NCBI GenBank assembly: GCA_002409595.1
Contig: DHNQ01000029.1
Span: 400,839-464,838 of the forward strand
From: Dysgonomonas sp. UBA5412
GTDB taxonomy: Bacteria; Bacteroidota; Bacteroidia; Bacteroidales; Dysgonomonadaceae
Reading direction: 5' to 3'
Length of the DNA stretch: 64,000 bases
In this document: positions 47,549 through 57,628 of the stretch, in pieces
How the letters are laid out: every line of letters starts with the position of its first letter
Position numbering within the stretch: the first letter of the stretch is position 1
The notes under the pieces: generated by a model
What the model was told of the DNA's origin: nothing
The model's database searches: none
What the model saw: the letters and a program-made list of their open reading frames with translations, nothing else
Made by a program: the position numbers and the translations under genes

Positions 47549-49603
47549 TTATTCTGTCATACGTTTTATTATACTATAAGCTTCTACTACTCCCATCTCT
47601 CCGGCTTTGCGCATATCGTCTAATGCACGATTTTTATCTTTCACCTGAAAACGAGCCAAACCTCGGTTATAATAAGCTTCGGCAAATTCGGCATCGCGTC
47701 TGATAGCTTCATTATAGTCGAGAATAGCTGCTCTGAAATCATTTTGCCGGTATCGGATTCCGGCTCTGTTATAGTAAGCATATATAAATTCAGGATTCAA
47801 TTCTACAACCTTATTGTAATTCTTGATAATGAGGTCATATTCTATTTTTCCCGGATTAAGGATTGCTGAGGTAGATGACATCGGATCGTCTTTCTTTACT
47901 CCCCCCAAAGTTGCTAAATCTGCTTGTTCGCTCTTTCTATCATATTCAGGAACGTTTTCTTTCAGGTTAAGCTGTTTGGTATATACAACAGCCAGATTAA
48001 AATAAGCCAATGTAAATTTAGGATCTATACTGATCGCTTTATTAAAGTCTTCGATTGAATTTGAAAAGTCCTGAACCAACATATAATCCATCGCCCTTGC
48101 AAAGTATAAGTCAGCATCTGCCGGTTGTGTAGCAATGCGCTTCGATAGGTCGTCGATAGATTTGAAATGCTCTTGTATTTGTAATTCGTTCAGAGAACCT
48201 TCGCTATTAGTTATCCTCAATTTACGAGCCAACACATTCTTTTTGTTCATCGCATCTATAAACTGGCTATAATAAACAAAGCGGCGGAGATCATTCGGCT
48301 TTTCGTAATATGATACAATGAACTGCGGTTCAAGATCGAGTCGGACTGCTTTATTTTGTATCCGTCCTCTGGCATCATTATTATATTTACTTTTTTCTTC
48401 TTCTGCTTTATCTGCAACTACAAGTAAGTTGAACTTATCAATATCTTTATCTGATTTCTCACGAGTTTTTTCATTATCGCTCTTTTCATCAGTCTGTCCG
48501 GCTAGCAATTCTTTACTCTTGCGACGTTCTTCACTACGAGCATAAGCAATATCTCTTTCTGCTCCTTTCATATCGTTCTGACGTCGTTTGATTTCAGCTC
48601 TTGTGTAGAATCCATGATAGAATTCAGGATATTCTGCCAAAACAGCATTTAAGTCGTCTAATGCTCCGGCATAATCGCCAATATTATTTTTGAGCAACGA
48701 ACGGTTGAAGTATGCCATATAGTTATTCGGCTCAAACTTCAAGACCACATCAAAGTCTGCGATAGCACGATTGTCGTCTCCGACTTGCGAACGCAACAAT
48801 CCTCTATTAAAACGAGCTATTATATTATTATCGTCAAGGTCTATAACTTTATCATAGTCCGCCATAGCACCTCGCAAGTCGTTTTTAGAATATCGGACAA
48901 GTCCCCGATTTATATAATTGCCTACCATAAGCGGATCTAAGCGTATTGCTTCGTCCAGATCTTTGATAGCATTATCATAGTCTTTCTTATAATAATACAA
49001 TAATCCTCGCATAGAATAAGATTGAGGGAGATATTTATCCAACTTAATCGCCTGATTATAACTATTAAAAGCTTGGACAGTATCTCCTTTTTCCTGATAC
49101 AATGCTCCTTGCGAAAGAAAACCTTGTGTATAGGTAGGATATGATTTTAATAATGTATTCAAGTATTTTTCGGCCTCGTCATAGTCTTTTTTCTGTATAT
49201 TGACTATCCCCATATTGATAAGGGCAAATTTATCATTGGGATATACTTCCAATGTTTTCTCGTAGTCTTCTAATGCTCCATCATAGTTATTCTGATTCTG
49301 TCGGGCATCGGCGCGCAACTGATAGGCCTTAGACATAAACGGATTCCTTTCGAGAGCGAGTGTGCAGTCGTCCTCTGTACCTTTATAATCATCGAGATAA
49401 TACTTGGCTATTGCCCGATAGAAATAAGGTTCGGCGAGATAGGGCTTAGCCTTTATCGCCTGATTAAAATACTGAATAGCCAAGACGTAGTCTTCGAAAT
49501 ATAACGAATTACGCCCGATCAATATAACCCGATCTGTATTTATCTGGGCTACTGACAGTAAGCTATTCAAAAGTAAGAAAACGAAAAAAATAAATTTCTT
49601 CAC
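47549..49603 (-). CDS. Exported tetratricopeptide-repeat protein
   Basis: GTG start, signal peptide ending SVA|Q, many 'AY.NRG...A..D...AI' TPR units. Confidence 0.9.
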   Translation of the reverse strand: MKKFIFFVFLLLNSLLSVAQINTDRVILIGRNSLYFEDYVLAIQYFNQAIKAKPYLAEPYFYRAIAKYYLDDYKGTEDDCTLALERNPFMSKAYQLRADARQNQNNYDGALEDYEKTLEVYPNDKFALINMGIVNIQKKDYDEAEKYLNTLLKSYPTYTQGFLSQGALYQEKGDTVQAFNSYNQAIKLDKYLPQSYSMRGLLYYYKKDYDNAIKDLDEAIRLDPLMVGNYINRGLVRYSKNDLRGAMADYDKVIDLDDNNIIARFNRGLLRSQVGDDNRAIADFDVVLKFEPNNYMAYFNRSLLKNNIGDYAGALDDLNAVLAEYPEFYHGFYTRAEIKRRQNDMKGAERDIAYARSEERRKSKELLAGQTDEKSDNEKTREKSDKDIDKFNLLVVADKAEEEKSKYNNDARGRIQNKAVRLDLEPQFIVSYYEKPNDLRRFVYYSQFIDAMNKKNVLARKLRITNSEGSLNELQIQEHFKSIDDLSKRIATQPADADLYFARAMDYMLVQDFSNSIEDFNKAISIDPKFTLAYFNLAVVYTKQLNLKENVPEYDRKSEQADLATLGGVKKDDPMSSTSAILNPGKIEYDLIIKNYNKVVELNPEFIYAYYNRAGIRYRQNDFRAAILDYNEAIRRDAEFAEAYYNRGLARFQVKDKNRALDDMRKAGEMGVVEAYSIIKRMTE

Positions 49604-49652
49604 TATAAGGTCTATTAATCATTGAGTAGCAAATATATAAAAATACATCTAT

Positions 49653-49687
49653 AAAAAAGAAGAGAGGCTGTACAGGCCTCTCTTTTT
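49653..49687 (-). terminator. Terminator after wzc
   Basis: AAGAGAGGC / GCCTCTCTT stem with a T-run on the minus strand. Confidence 0.7.
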
Positions 49688-49697
49688 AATATATTTT

Positions 49698-52109
49698 TTA
49701 GTTTTCAAAATAGTCATCGTGGTAGTAAGTATTCTTCTTGAGATAGTAGGTCTTATCGCCATAATACCGCGATGTACCATAATACCCTTCCCTGCCTTTG
49801 ACATCATTGAAAACTAACGCCATATTTTCTACTCCATCATATTTCAATTGGCTGATAACACTTTTGAAGAATGCTCTGTTGGTCTTAGCTCGCCTTACAA
49901 CAAAAATGGTCGTATCAGCAATTTCTGATAACACGTATGCATCAGAAACCAGCCCGACCGGACTACAGTCTATTATCACATAGTCATATATCTCTTGCAG
50001 GTGTTCCAATACTTGTCGGGTTTTTGCCGTCTTAATCAACTCACTCGGATTGGGCGGCAAAGTCCCTGCCGGTATTATATCAAAGCCATAGTCAGGATGG
50101 GAAATTGTTATTTCTTCTAGTGTAACCTGACCGATCAGATAATTAGAAATACCCTTCTGTGTATCTAACTGCAAGGTCTTTCCTACTGATGGACGCCTTA
50201 AGTCTAAGTCGACAATAACAACTTTTTTCCCAGTCAACTGATAAACCGACGCAATATTAGTGGCTATAAACGTTTTTCCATCTGCCGGCTCTGTCGAGGT
50301 AACTAATACTGTTATTTTATTTTCGCGTTGAGCCATATATTCTATACGCACCCGCATATTACGAAACGATTCGGCAAAGCTGGATTTCGGATAGTTCTTG
50401 ACCAATACAACTCCGTTTGCTAATTTTTTAGATACATTTTCAATTGTTTCTATAACAGGAAGTCCTGATATTTTTTCACACTCCTCTTTTGTTGTAACAG
50501 AAAAGTTAAGCACTTCTTCTTTTACTACAACAAAGATAAGAGGTATTATCAAACCTATTATGAAGAAATAAACATAGTTCTTTCCTATTTCTCCGCCATT
50601 AACGGCTCCGCCCATCTGACGAGGTTCTTCCCAGATGGAGTTATCCGGTGTGTTAGATGCTTTCTGTATCTTAGCCTCATATTGTCTTTGTGTGAGGTAT
50701 TGATGATACATTTCATTTACGCGAAATTCTCGTTGAAATTTAATTAGATCACGCTCTTGAGGAGGTAAATTCTCAATCTTTAATTCGAGAACTTTGTATT
50801 TTCGAATCAGATTGTCTTTCTGATTCTGCAAATTGATCTGAAGCACCTGAACTTCTGTCAATATCTTTTTTCTTAAATCGTTAAGCTGATCAACAGTTTT
50901 ATTATATACCGGATTTTTAGCACCTAGATTGCGAGATCTCTCTAAGAGTTCATTATAACTTTTGATATAATCGCTCAGCACTCTATTATCTATATTTAAG
51001 CTAATGGGGTCTAACAGATCTTCACTACCCATTATGGTTTGCTTCATCTTTTCGGTTAACAGCAAAATGGATCGTTCCTTGATCGACAACGCATCTTTTT
51101 CTCTGTTGGCGCTATCTAATTCTATCCTCAACGAGTTTGAAGAAATATCATAAACTCCCGTTTCTTTTTGAAAATCTTCGAGTTTTAGTCGAGAATAATC
51201 CAAGGAATCGTTTATAAGTTTTAGCTGATTGTCCAAAAATTCTATTGTAAGTTCGGCTTGTTCATTTTTTAACGAAAGACTATATTCCTGAAACTCTTTT
51301 AATAATGTATTCATATAGTCTACATCTCTCGCAGGATTTGTTCCGTTCATAGATATGATCAGAATTGTAGAATTTTCTCCTTGAGGTCTCGAAGCTACTC
51401 TCCCATTATACATACCGATCAATTGATCATCTGATAGGAATCTGAAACTAATACTAGCCAGATCAGGTTTAAAAGCGTTTACACCTGAAACAAATGCTGA
51501 TGTTTTGTGTAGCTTTATTTTGAAAAGGCTACATTCTACCTCTTCTTCGTATGAGGCTATGATTGAAACTTTATCTTCTTTATCAGGATTTTCTTTATAA
51601 CTTATTTCACATTTATTGTCATCAATATATGTAAGGTCATAAGCATAATTATATGCTCCGGGCTGAATATCCAATACTTCGACCTGAATGGGAGTGTCTG
51701 TATAAAAATTAATTGTCTTGAAACGGGTATCTTTGAAATAATCGACTCTCATACGAGGAGGCAGTTTGCCTACTGTCCGTTTAGTTAGACCGTATGATTC
51801 TAATACAATTTGCTGATTCTCTGTATTACGTAGCAAGCTGGCTGTAGGAACTGCTCCTGCAACAACGCTAGCTGCATTTTTGTCTTCCATAATCATCATG
51901 GCCTGAACATAAAATACAGGAACCCACGATTTATTTTTTATATAGGCATATGCAAGAAACAGACCTATTGATATGACGAAGAGATACCAATATTTCAAGA
52001 TACGGTAAAACCAAAGAACAAAATCAAAAGAGATTGTCGTTTTAGATTTTACTTCCTCAAAATAAGGATCAAAGTCTATCGGTTTTTTATTATTTAAGTT
52101 AGTTTCCAT
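49698..52109 (-). CDS. wzc: Polysaccharide co-polymerase / BY tyrosine kinase (Wzc)
   Basis: Two TMs flanking a coiled-coil periplasmic region; 'ESFRNMR', 'PADGKT', 'DLDLRRP', 'IIDCSP'; Tyr-rich tail. Confidence 0.92.
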   Translation of the reverse strand: METNLNNKKPIDFDPYFEEVKSKTTISFDFVLWFYRILKYWYLFVISIGLFLAYAYIKNKSWVPVFYVQAMMIMEDKNAASVVAGAVPTASLLRNTENQQIVLESYGLTKRTVGKLPPRMRVDYFKDTRFKTINFYTDTPIQVEVLDIQPGAYNYAYDLTYIDDNKCEISYKENPDKEDKVSIIASYEEEVECSLFKIKLHKTSAFVSGVNAFKPDLASISFRFLSDDQLIGMYNGRVASRPQGENSTILIISMNGTNPARDVDYMNTLLKEFQEYSLSLKNEQAELTIEFLDNQLKLINDSLDYSRLKLEDFQKETGVYDISSNSLRIELDSANREKDALSIKERSILLLTEKMKQTIMGSEDLLDPISLNIDNRVLSDYIKSYNELLERSRNLGAKNPVYNKTVDQLNDLRKKILTEVQVLQINLQNQKDNLIRKYKVLELKIENLPPQERDLIKFQREFRVNEMYHQYLTQRQYEAKIQKASNTPDNSIWEEPRQMGGAVNGGEIGKNYVYFFIIGLIIPLIFVVVKEEVLNFSVTTKEECEKISGLPVIETIENVSKKLANGVVLVKNYPKSSFAESFRNMRVRIEYMAQRENKITVLVTSTEPADGKTFIATNIASVYQLTGKKVVIVDLDLRRPSVGKTLQLDTQKGISNYLIGQVTLEEITISHPDYGFDIIPAGTLPPNPSELIKTAKTRQVLEHLQEIYDYVIIDCSPVGLVSDAYVLSEIADTTIFVVRRAKTNRAFFKSVISQLKYDGVENMALVFNDVKGREGYYGTSRYYGDKTYYLKKNTYYHDDYFEN

Positions 52110-52126
52110 TATCTGCTATCTGCCAT

Positions 52127-52870
52127 TTAGAAATTATATAAAATAGAAAAAAGAAGGAATTGGAATGGAATCAATAATGTTGTTGTAAATGAACTCAATG
52201 AACTAACATTGAAAAATGAGTTTTTGTTCGTTGGAAAATATATTACATCATTAGGTTGGATATAATAATATTCCGATTGAATAACATCTTGAGTTCTCAA
52301 ATCAAAAGTTTTCTGATCGGTTCCTCCCTGATCATTTTTTCTTAATATCGTAACCCTTGTCAGGTCCATAGTCCCGGTTGTCTGTTGCGATATGGCAAGA
52401 GCCTGATAAATAGTCAGGTTATCTTTATACACCTGATATGATCCTCGCTTATCATTGGCATAAATATAAAAGAAATTATTCGCCATAGTCACCCTTACTT
52501 GTACATCTTTCACCGACTCCTGCATTACTTTTTGGATAATAAGCTCAGCTTCCTGAACCGTATGTCCGGCTATTTTAGCCGCCCCAAAAAAGGGCAAAAC
52601 AACGGTACTGTCTTCGTAAATTGTGTAAGTTTTAGAAGCATTTTGATCATTAGTAATAACAGTATTAAATGTAGCGACCAATTCGGCATCACTCGACGAT
52701 ATACCACACGAAATCATATCACCTACACCTAGCTTATACTCCTGAAAGTCTACTAAAGGATATTGCTTATCAATAGCCAGCAAGTAATTTATCTCTTCAC
52801 TTGATATACATGAAGAAAACAAACCTAGGAAGGAGAAACAAGTTACTAAAAGATATATTATATATTTCAT
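52127..52870 (-). CDS. wza: Polysaccharide export lipoprotein (Wza-like), copy 2
   Basis: Lipobox FSS|C; 'YKLGVGD', 'PFFGAAKIAG.T', 'YYIQPNDVIY'. Confidence 0.85.
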   Translation of the reverse strand: MKYIIYLLVTCFSFLGLFSSCISSEEINYLLAIDKQYPLVDFQEYKLGVGDMISCGISSSDAELVATFNTVITNDQNASKTYTIYEDSTVVLPFFGAAKIAGHTVQEAELIIQKVMQESVKDVQVRVTMANNFFYIYANDKRGSYQVYKDNLTIYQALAISQQTTGTMDLTRVTILRKNDQGGTDQKTFDLRTQDVIQSEYYYIQPNDVIYFPTNKNSFFNVSSLSSFTTTLLIPFQFLLFSILYNF

Positions 52871-52871
52871 A

Positions 52872-53684
52872 CTAAAAAACTCTGAGTATTATAATAATAA
52901 CACCTGCCACCGACGTCAACAACCCGAACAACCCTGTAAAAGAAGTTGTAGAGCCCAAGAATTTACTTTTAGTCTGAGGCACATACAATACATCGTTAGG
53001 CTGTATGTAATAAAACTCTGTATCAATAATCTCTTTACTTCGAAGGTCGAATGTTTTAGTTATAGAACCGTTCTCATTTTGTCGGATAATGGTAACTTTA
53101 GACCTATCGCCATATGGACCTATATTAGTTGCAATAGCCAAAGCCTGATAGATAGTCATAGAAGTGCTGGTCATTGTAACACGATTAGCTCCGGCTTCTC
53201 CCAGAACACTAAAATATCTATTTGCTAAAGTAACATCGGCCATTGTACCTTCGGCAAACTCATTGAGTTTCTTGCTCAAAATTGTTTTTATTTGCAACAT
53301 GGTAAGTCCCTGCACATACACCTTGCCTATATAAGGAAAGTTTATTGTACCATCAGCATACACATTAGTCGGTCTTATATTCCATGTATTCTCAAGACCT
53401 CTTATTTGAGATCCTACATCCACTCCTGTCCTATCAGTATAGCCCTGATGTGTGAATTGCGGTGTATAGCCCGAAAACATACGGGCAGTCTCCTGATCCC
53501 AAGCATACACAACAATACTCAACTGGTCGCCGGGTATAACTTTATATTCTTCCGGTTTTACGAGCAATTCCGGATGATCTAATTTTATGTCTTGCAATAA
53601 ATCAGTCTGCTTGCTGGTTACGCAAGAACTAAGGCTGGCAATAACAGCGAGTAGTATAAAAAATATCTTACTTAAGATCTTCAT
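52872..53684 (-). CDS. wza: Polysaccharide export lipoprotein (Wza-like), copy 1
   Basis: Lipobox LSS|C; 'YKVIPGDQL', 'DGTINFPYIG', 'YYIQPNDVLYV'. Confidence 0.88.
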   Translation of the reverse strand: MKILSKIFFILLAVIASLSSCVTSKQTDLLQDIKLDHPELLVKPEEYKVIPGDQLSIVVYAWDQETARMFSGYTPQFTHQGYTDRTGVDVGSQIRGLENTWNIRPTNVYADGTINFPYIGKVYVQGLTMLQIKTILSKKLNEFAEGTMADVTLANRYFSVLGEAGANRVTMTSTSMTIYQALAIATNIGPYGDRSKVTIIRQNENGSITKTFDLRSKEIIDTEFYYIQPNDVLYVPQTKSKFLGSTTSFTGLFGLLTSVAGVIIIILRVF

Positions 53685-53706
53685 AAAATAACGTCACTCC
53701 GGGTTC

Positions 53707-54273
53707 TTAGTTTCTTTTTCCTTCTACGGATTTAACTCTATAACGGCAATTAACTCTTCCTTTGATAAGGTTATTAAGCTTACTTTTGATTAGTTGTTTG
53801 CGTATACCTGAGATTTTATCTATAAAAAGAATACCTTCTATGTGGTCGTATTCATGCTGAATGCAACGGGCAAAGAATGAATCGTACTCCTCATCGTGAG
53901 AATTAAAATTTTCGTCAAGATACTGTATTCGTATTTTCGCCTCACGTTCCACAGCCTCATTGATACCCGGCAGGCTAAGACATCCCTCGTCCATCTTCAC
54001 CACGTCTCCGGTACGCTCTACAATTTGAGGATTGATAAATACTTTCTTAAAGCCCGCGTATTTAGGTTCATCTTCTGCCAGCGGCTCCAAGTCTATAACA
54101 AACAGACGAATATCTAAACCTATCTGAGGTGCAGCCAAGCCAATGCCATCAGCATTATACATGGTTTCGAACATATTTTCGATAAGCTGTTTTAAATTGG
54201 GATAATCGGCTGGAATATCTTGTGCTACTTTTCGCAACACCGGTTGTCCATACAAGTATATTGGTAAAATCAT
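53707..54273 (-). CDS. def: Peptide deformylase (cytoplasmic, canonical)
   Basis: [21 protein letters not shown]. Confidence 0.97.
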   Translation of the reverse strand: MILPIYLYGQPVLRKVAQDIPADYPNLKQLIENMFETMYNADGIGLAAPQIGLDIRLFVIDLEPLAEDEPKYAGFKKVFINPQIVERTGDVVKMDEGCLSLPGINEAVEREAKIRIQYLDENFNSHDEEYDSFFARCIQHEYDHIEGILFIDKISGIRKQLIKSKLNNLIKGRVNCRYRVKSVEGKRN

Positions 54274-54289
54274 ATAATTTTTTTGATAT

Positions 54290-54715
54290 TCAATTGTTTC
54301 GTAATCGCAGACTTTCCATGTAGCTTTGCAATATAATTACTGCACTGACTTCATCCACAAGAGCTTTGTTTTGTCTGTCTTTTTTTTTCAAGCCTGCATC
54401 AATTATCGTTTTCTGTGCCAACACCGATGTAAAGCGTTCATCATATAACACAACCGGAATTGTAGGATAAAGCGACTTTAGCTTGTTTACAAAAGGACGT
54501 ATATGCTTCATATTATCTGAATACTCATTATTCATTTGCTTTGGCAGCCCCACAACAATGCACTCTACATCTTCTTTTTCGAGATACGATTTCAAATAGT
54601 TCAATAAAGTATGAGTAGGTACAGTAGTTAAGCCGTTTGCTATTATTTTGAGCGTATCGGATATTGCTATACCTGTACGTTTCGTCCCATAATCCAATGC
54701 TAAAAGTCGTCCCAT
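54290..54715 (-). CDS. ruvX: YqgF/RuvX pre-16S rRNA nuclease
   Basis: '[13 protein letters not shown]', 'VVGLP', 'DERFTS', 'VDEVSA..ILQSY'. Confidence 0.95.
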   Translation of the reverse strand: MGRLLALDYGTKRTGIAISDTLKIIANGLTTVPTHTLLNYLKSYLEKEDVECIVVGLPKQMNNEYSDNMKHIRPFVNKLKSLYPTIPVVLYDERFTSVLAQKTIIDAGLKKKDRQNKALVDEVSAVIILQSYMESLRLRNN

Positions 54716-54796
54716 ATTAATCGGCAAAGGTAGAAAAAAATCATTACCCCCGCATAAAATTCAGGTTAATACTTACATAAACAGAGTTATAGACTC

Positions 54797-55639
54797 CTAT
54801 ATTGTATCAAAAGTATCGGAAGTTCCATTTCCCGAATCTTTAAGATGTTCAAAATTCCTTCGTTTCAATTGGAAATCGCGACCCAGATATTTCTCTCTTA
54901 CAATTTCATTTTCAGCCAATTCTTCGGCTGATCCCTGAAACAAGACTTTACCTTCGAACAAAAGATATGCACGATCGGTAATACTTAGCGTTTCGTCAAC
55001 ATTATGGTCGGTAATAAGAATACCAATATTTTTATATTTCAGCTTTGCTACAATCTCCTGAATATCTTGTACTGCAATAGGGTCTACTCCGGCAAATGGT
55101 TCGTCGAGCATTATAAACTTAGGGTCGATAGCCAAACAGCGTGCTATCTCGGCACGACGCCTCTCTCCTCCCGACAGCCTGTCTCCTGTATTTTTTCGCA
55201 CTTTATGCAAACCAAATTCATCAATCAAACTTTCCAGTTTTTCTTTCTGATAGGCAGTCGACTGTTTTGTCATCTCCAATACCGATCGTATATTATCTTC
55301 TACCGTCATCTTGCGAAAGATGGAAGCCTCTTGAGCCAAATAGCCGATACCGTTTTGTGCCCGTTTATAAACCGGATATTTAGTTATTTCTTGTTCGTTA
55401 AGGAATATTTTTCCTTCATTCGGCATTACAAGACCAACGGTCATATAGAAAGTTGTAGTTTTGCCGGCTCCATTAGGTCCAAGCAATCCTACAATTTCAC
55501 CTTGTTTTACATCAATAGAAACATGATTAACTACTGTCCGGGATTTATATCTCTTTACAAGATTTTCGGTACGGAGTACCATTCTTTCCACTGACTTAGC
55601 AGAAGCCTCATTTCTTTTAATTGTTTTTTCCTGATCCAT
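54797..55639 (-). CDS. lptB: LPS export ABC transporter ATPase
   Basis: 'GPNGAGKTT', 'GIGYLAQEASIFR', 'LSGGERRR', 'LDEPFAGVDP'. Confidence 0.96.
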   Translation of the reverse strand: MDQEKTIKRNEASAKSVERMVLRTENLVKRYKSRTVVNHVSIDVKQGEIVGLLGPNGAGKTTTFYMTVGLVMPNEGKIFLNEQEITKYPVYKRAQNGIGYLAQEASIFRKMTVEDNIRSVLEMTKQSTAYQKEKLESLIDEFGLHKVRKNTGDRLSGGERRRAEIARCLAIDPKFIMLDEPFAGVDPIAVQDIQEIVAKLKYKNIGILITDHNVDETLSITDRAYLLFEGKVLFQGSAEELAENEIVREKYLGRDFQLKRRNFEHLKDSGNGTSDTFDTI

Positions 55640-55658
55640 GCCTTATCAAAGGGTATTT

Positions 55659-56678
55659 TTAATCTAAAATAGTAACCCAACCATGAGTGTCCGGCTCATC
55701 TCCAAGCTGAATGCCTCTTAGTTTATTATATAGCTTAGTGCTAACCGGGCCGGCATTACCATCTTTAGCTATCACGTACGATTTATCTTCGTCTATATCG
55801 TCCACTCTCAGAATCGGACTGATAACGGCAGCTGTACCCACCTGACCGGCTTCTTCAAATGTAGCCAGTTCTTCTTCCGGTACTTGTCTGCGTTCAACCT
55901 TCATTCCCATATCTTCAGCCAGTTGCATAAGGCTTCTATTGGTTATAGAAGGAAGTATAGATGTGGAAAGTGGTGTGATATATGTATTATTTTTTATTCC
56001 GAAAAAGTTTGCCGGACCACATTCGTCCAGATATTTTTTCTCTTTAGCATCCAGATAAAGTACTGCCGAATATCCCATTTCGTGCGCTTTGTGACCAGCA
56101 ACAAGGCTTGCTGCATAATTTCCGCCGATCTTGATTGTTCCTGTACCAAGAGGCGCAGCACGATCATATCCGCGAAGGATAACGACCGGTGTAGGTTTGA
56201 AACCTTCTTTGAAGTATGGACCTACGGGTGTAACAAATACTAGAAACAAATACTCATTTGCAGGTTTTACACCTACCTGAGCTCCCATACCCAAAAGTAA
56301 TGGGCGAATATATAATGCAGCTCCACTACCATAAGGTGGAATAAAGCGTTCGTTTAGTTTTACGGCTTTCTTCACAGTCTCTTCGAATACTTCGACAGGC
56401 AGCTCTGCCATCATAATACCATGACATGACGATTGCATACGCAAGGCATTATCCCGCATTCTGAAAACACGAATTTTGCCATCTTTTCCTTTAAATGCCT
56501 TTAGCCCCTCAAAGGCTTCTTGTCCGTAGTGCAGACAAGTGGCGGCCATGTGGATGTCAATACTTTCAGATGTAGTTTCGGTAGGAGTACTCCATTTTCC
56601 ATCTTTGTAATAACTTCTTACATTATAATCTGTCTTCATGTATCCGAAAGACAAATTCGACCAGTCTATTGCATCCAT
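55659..56678 (-). CDS. ilvE: Branched-chain amino acid aminotransferase
   Basis: 'LHYGQEAFEGLKA', 'LYIRP', 'KIGGNYA', 'ILPSIT'. Confidence 0.96.
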   Translation of the reverse strand: MDAIDWSNLSFGYMKTDYNVRSYYKDGKWSTPTETTSESIDIHMAATCLHYGQEAFEGLKAFKGKDGKIRVFRMRDNALRMQSSCHGIMMAELPVEVFEETVKKAVKLNERFIPPYGSGAALYIRPLLLGMGAQVGVKPANEYLFLVFVTPVGPYFKEGFKPTPVVILRGYDRAAPLGTGTIKIGGNYAASLVAGHKAHEMGYSAVLYLDAKEKKYLDECGPANFFGIKNNTYITPLSTSILPSITNRSLMQLAEDMGMKVERRQVPEEELATFEEAGQVGTAAVISPILRVDDIDEDKSYVIAKDGNAGPVSTKLYNKLRGIQLGDEPDTHGWVTILD

Positions 56679-56850
56679 TTTAGTATATTTTTTAAGATCA
56701 GTATAATTGATAGATTTGTTTACTTTTACAAAAATACAATTTTAGCTGACATTCGGGTTTAAAAAGCAATATTATGTTTTACAAAAACAATTATCAGAAT
56801 CTTTTGTGGCTGAATCTTTCCTTTTTAAGAATAAAAAGATCGCCTTTAAT

Positions 56851-57462
56851 CTATTCACTCAACCTGTCGATAAACAAAATTCCTTGAAGGTGGTCAAATT
56901 CGTGCTGAAAGATAATACCGGTAAAGTCACCACCGCGCGCACCACCCGACAATCGTTCTTTGATAAGCTCTCCCCGTTCGTTATAATACTCTACATCCAC
57001 CCAAGCATAACGCTTAGTAGTACCCGACATATCGGGAATGGACAAACAGCCATCGCCTTCGAAGTTTATTATCTCTTCCGAGTGGTTTACAATACGAGGA
57101 TTTATCGCTGCTTCAACATTTCTTTCCGGTTTATCCATACGCATAAAAAGAAATAAATTTCGGCTGACACCAACTTGTGGTGCTGCAAGCCCTACTCCAA
57201 GTTCTTCAGCCAACGTCAATTTCAAACGTTGAATAAAATGTTGAAAATCTTTATCTCTAACAATATCTTGAGGGTTCGCAAAATCTATACTCTTTTGGCG
57301 AAGAAGCAAAGAGTCTTCCTTATTAGTCGTCAGCAAGACCCTAAAAGGAGTATTTGCATCCGAATCTACAATTATTTTTCTTTCTGTATCTGTCATATAT
57401 TTAATAGAATTACATGCCGGCAATACAAAGCAAACGGCTAATATGAATAATATTTTTTTCAC
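56851..57462 (-). CDS. def: Second peptide deformylase with a predicted lipoprotein signal peptide
   Basis: GTG at 57462 gives (M)KKILFILAVCFVLPA|C; motifs GVGLAAPQVG, EG-DGCLS and QHEFDH. Confidence 0.85.
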   Translation of the reverse strand: MKKILFILAVCFVLPACNSIKYMTDTERKIIVDSDANTPFRVLLTTNKEDSLLLRQKSIDFANPQDIVRDKDFQHFIQRLKLTLAEELGVGLAAPQVGVSRNLFLFMRMDKPERNVEAAINPRIVNHSEEIINFEGDGCLSIPDMSGTTKRYAWVDVEYYNERGELIKERLSGGARGGDFTGIIFQHEFDHLQGILFIDRLSE

Positions 57463-57628
57463 CTTGTTTTCTGTATTAATATTCTGCAAAGATAAGAAAA
57501 AAGCAAATTATCTTTGGTTTATAAAAGAGTATAGATACATAGCTAAATACAAAATATTAATCAATATGATCAAAGGTGTGACAAATGTTCCATTTTTGCG
57601 ACATATTAAATAAAGCTAACTCCGCCGG

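Noticed and set aside
47549-49603. Repetitive appearance of the TPR gene
   Set aside because: Protein-level TPR repeats only; no DNA tandem array or CRISPR-like repeat-spacer pattern.
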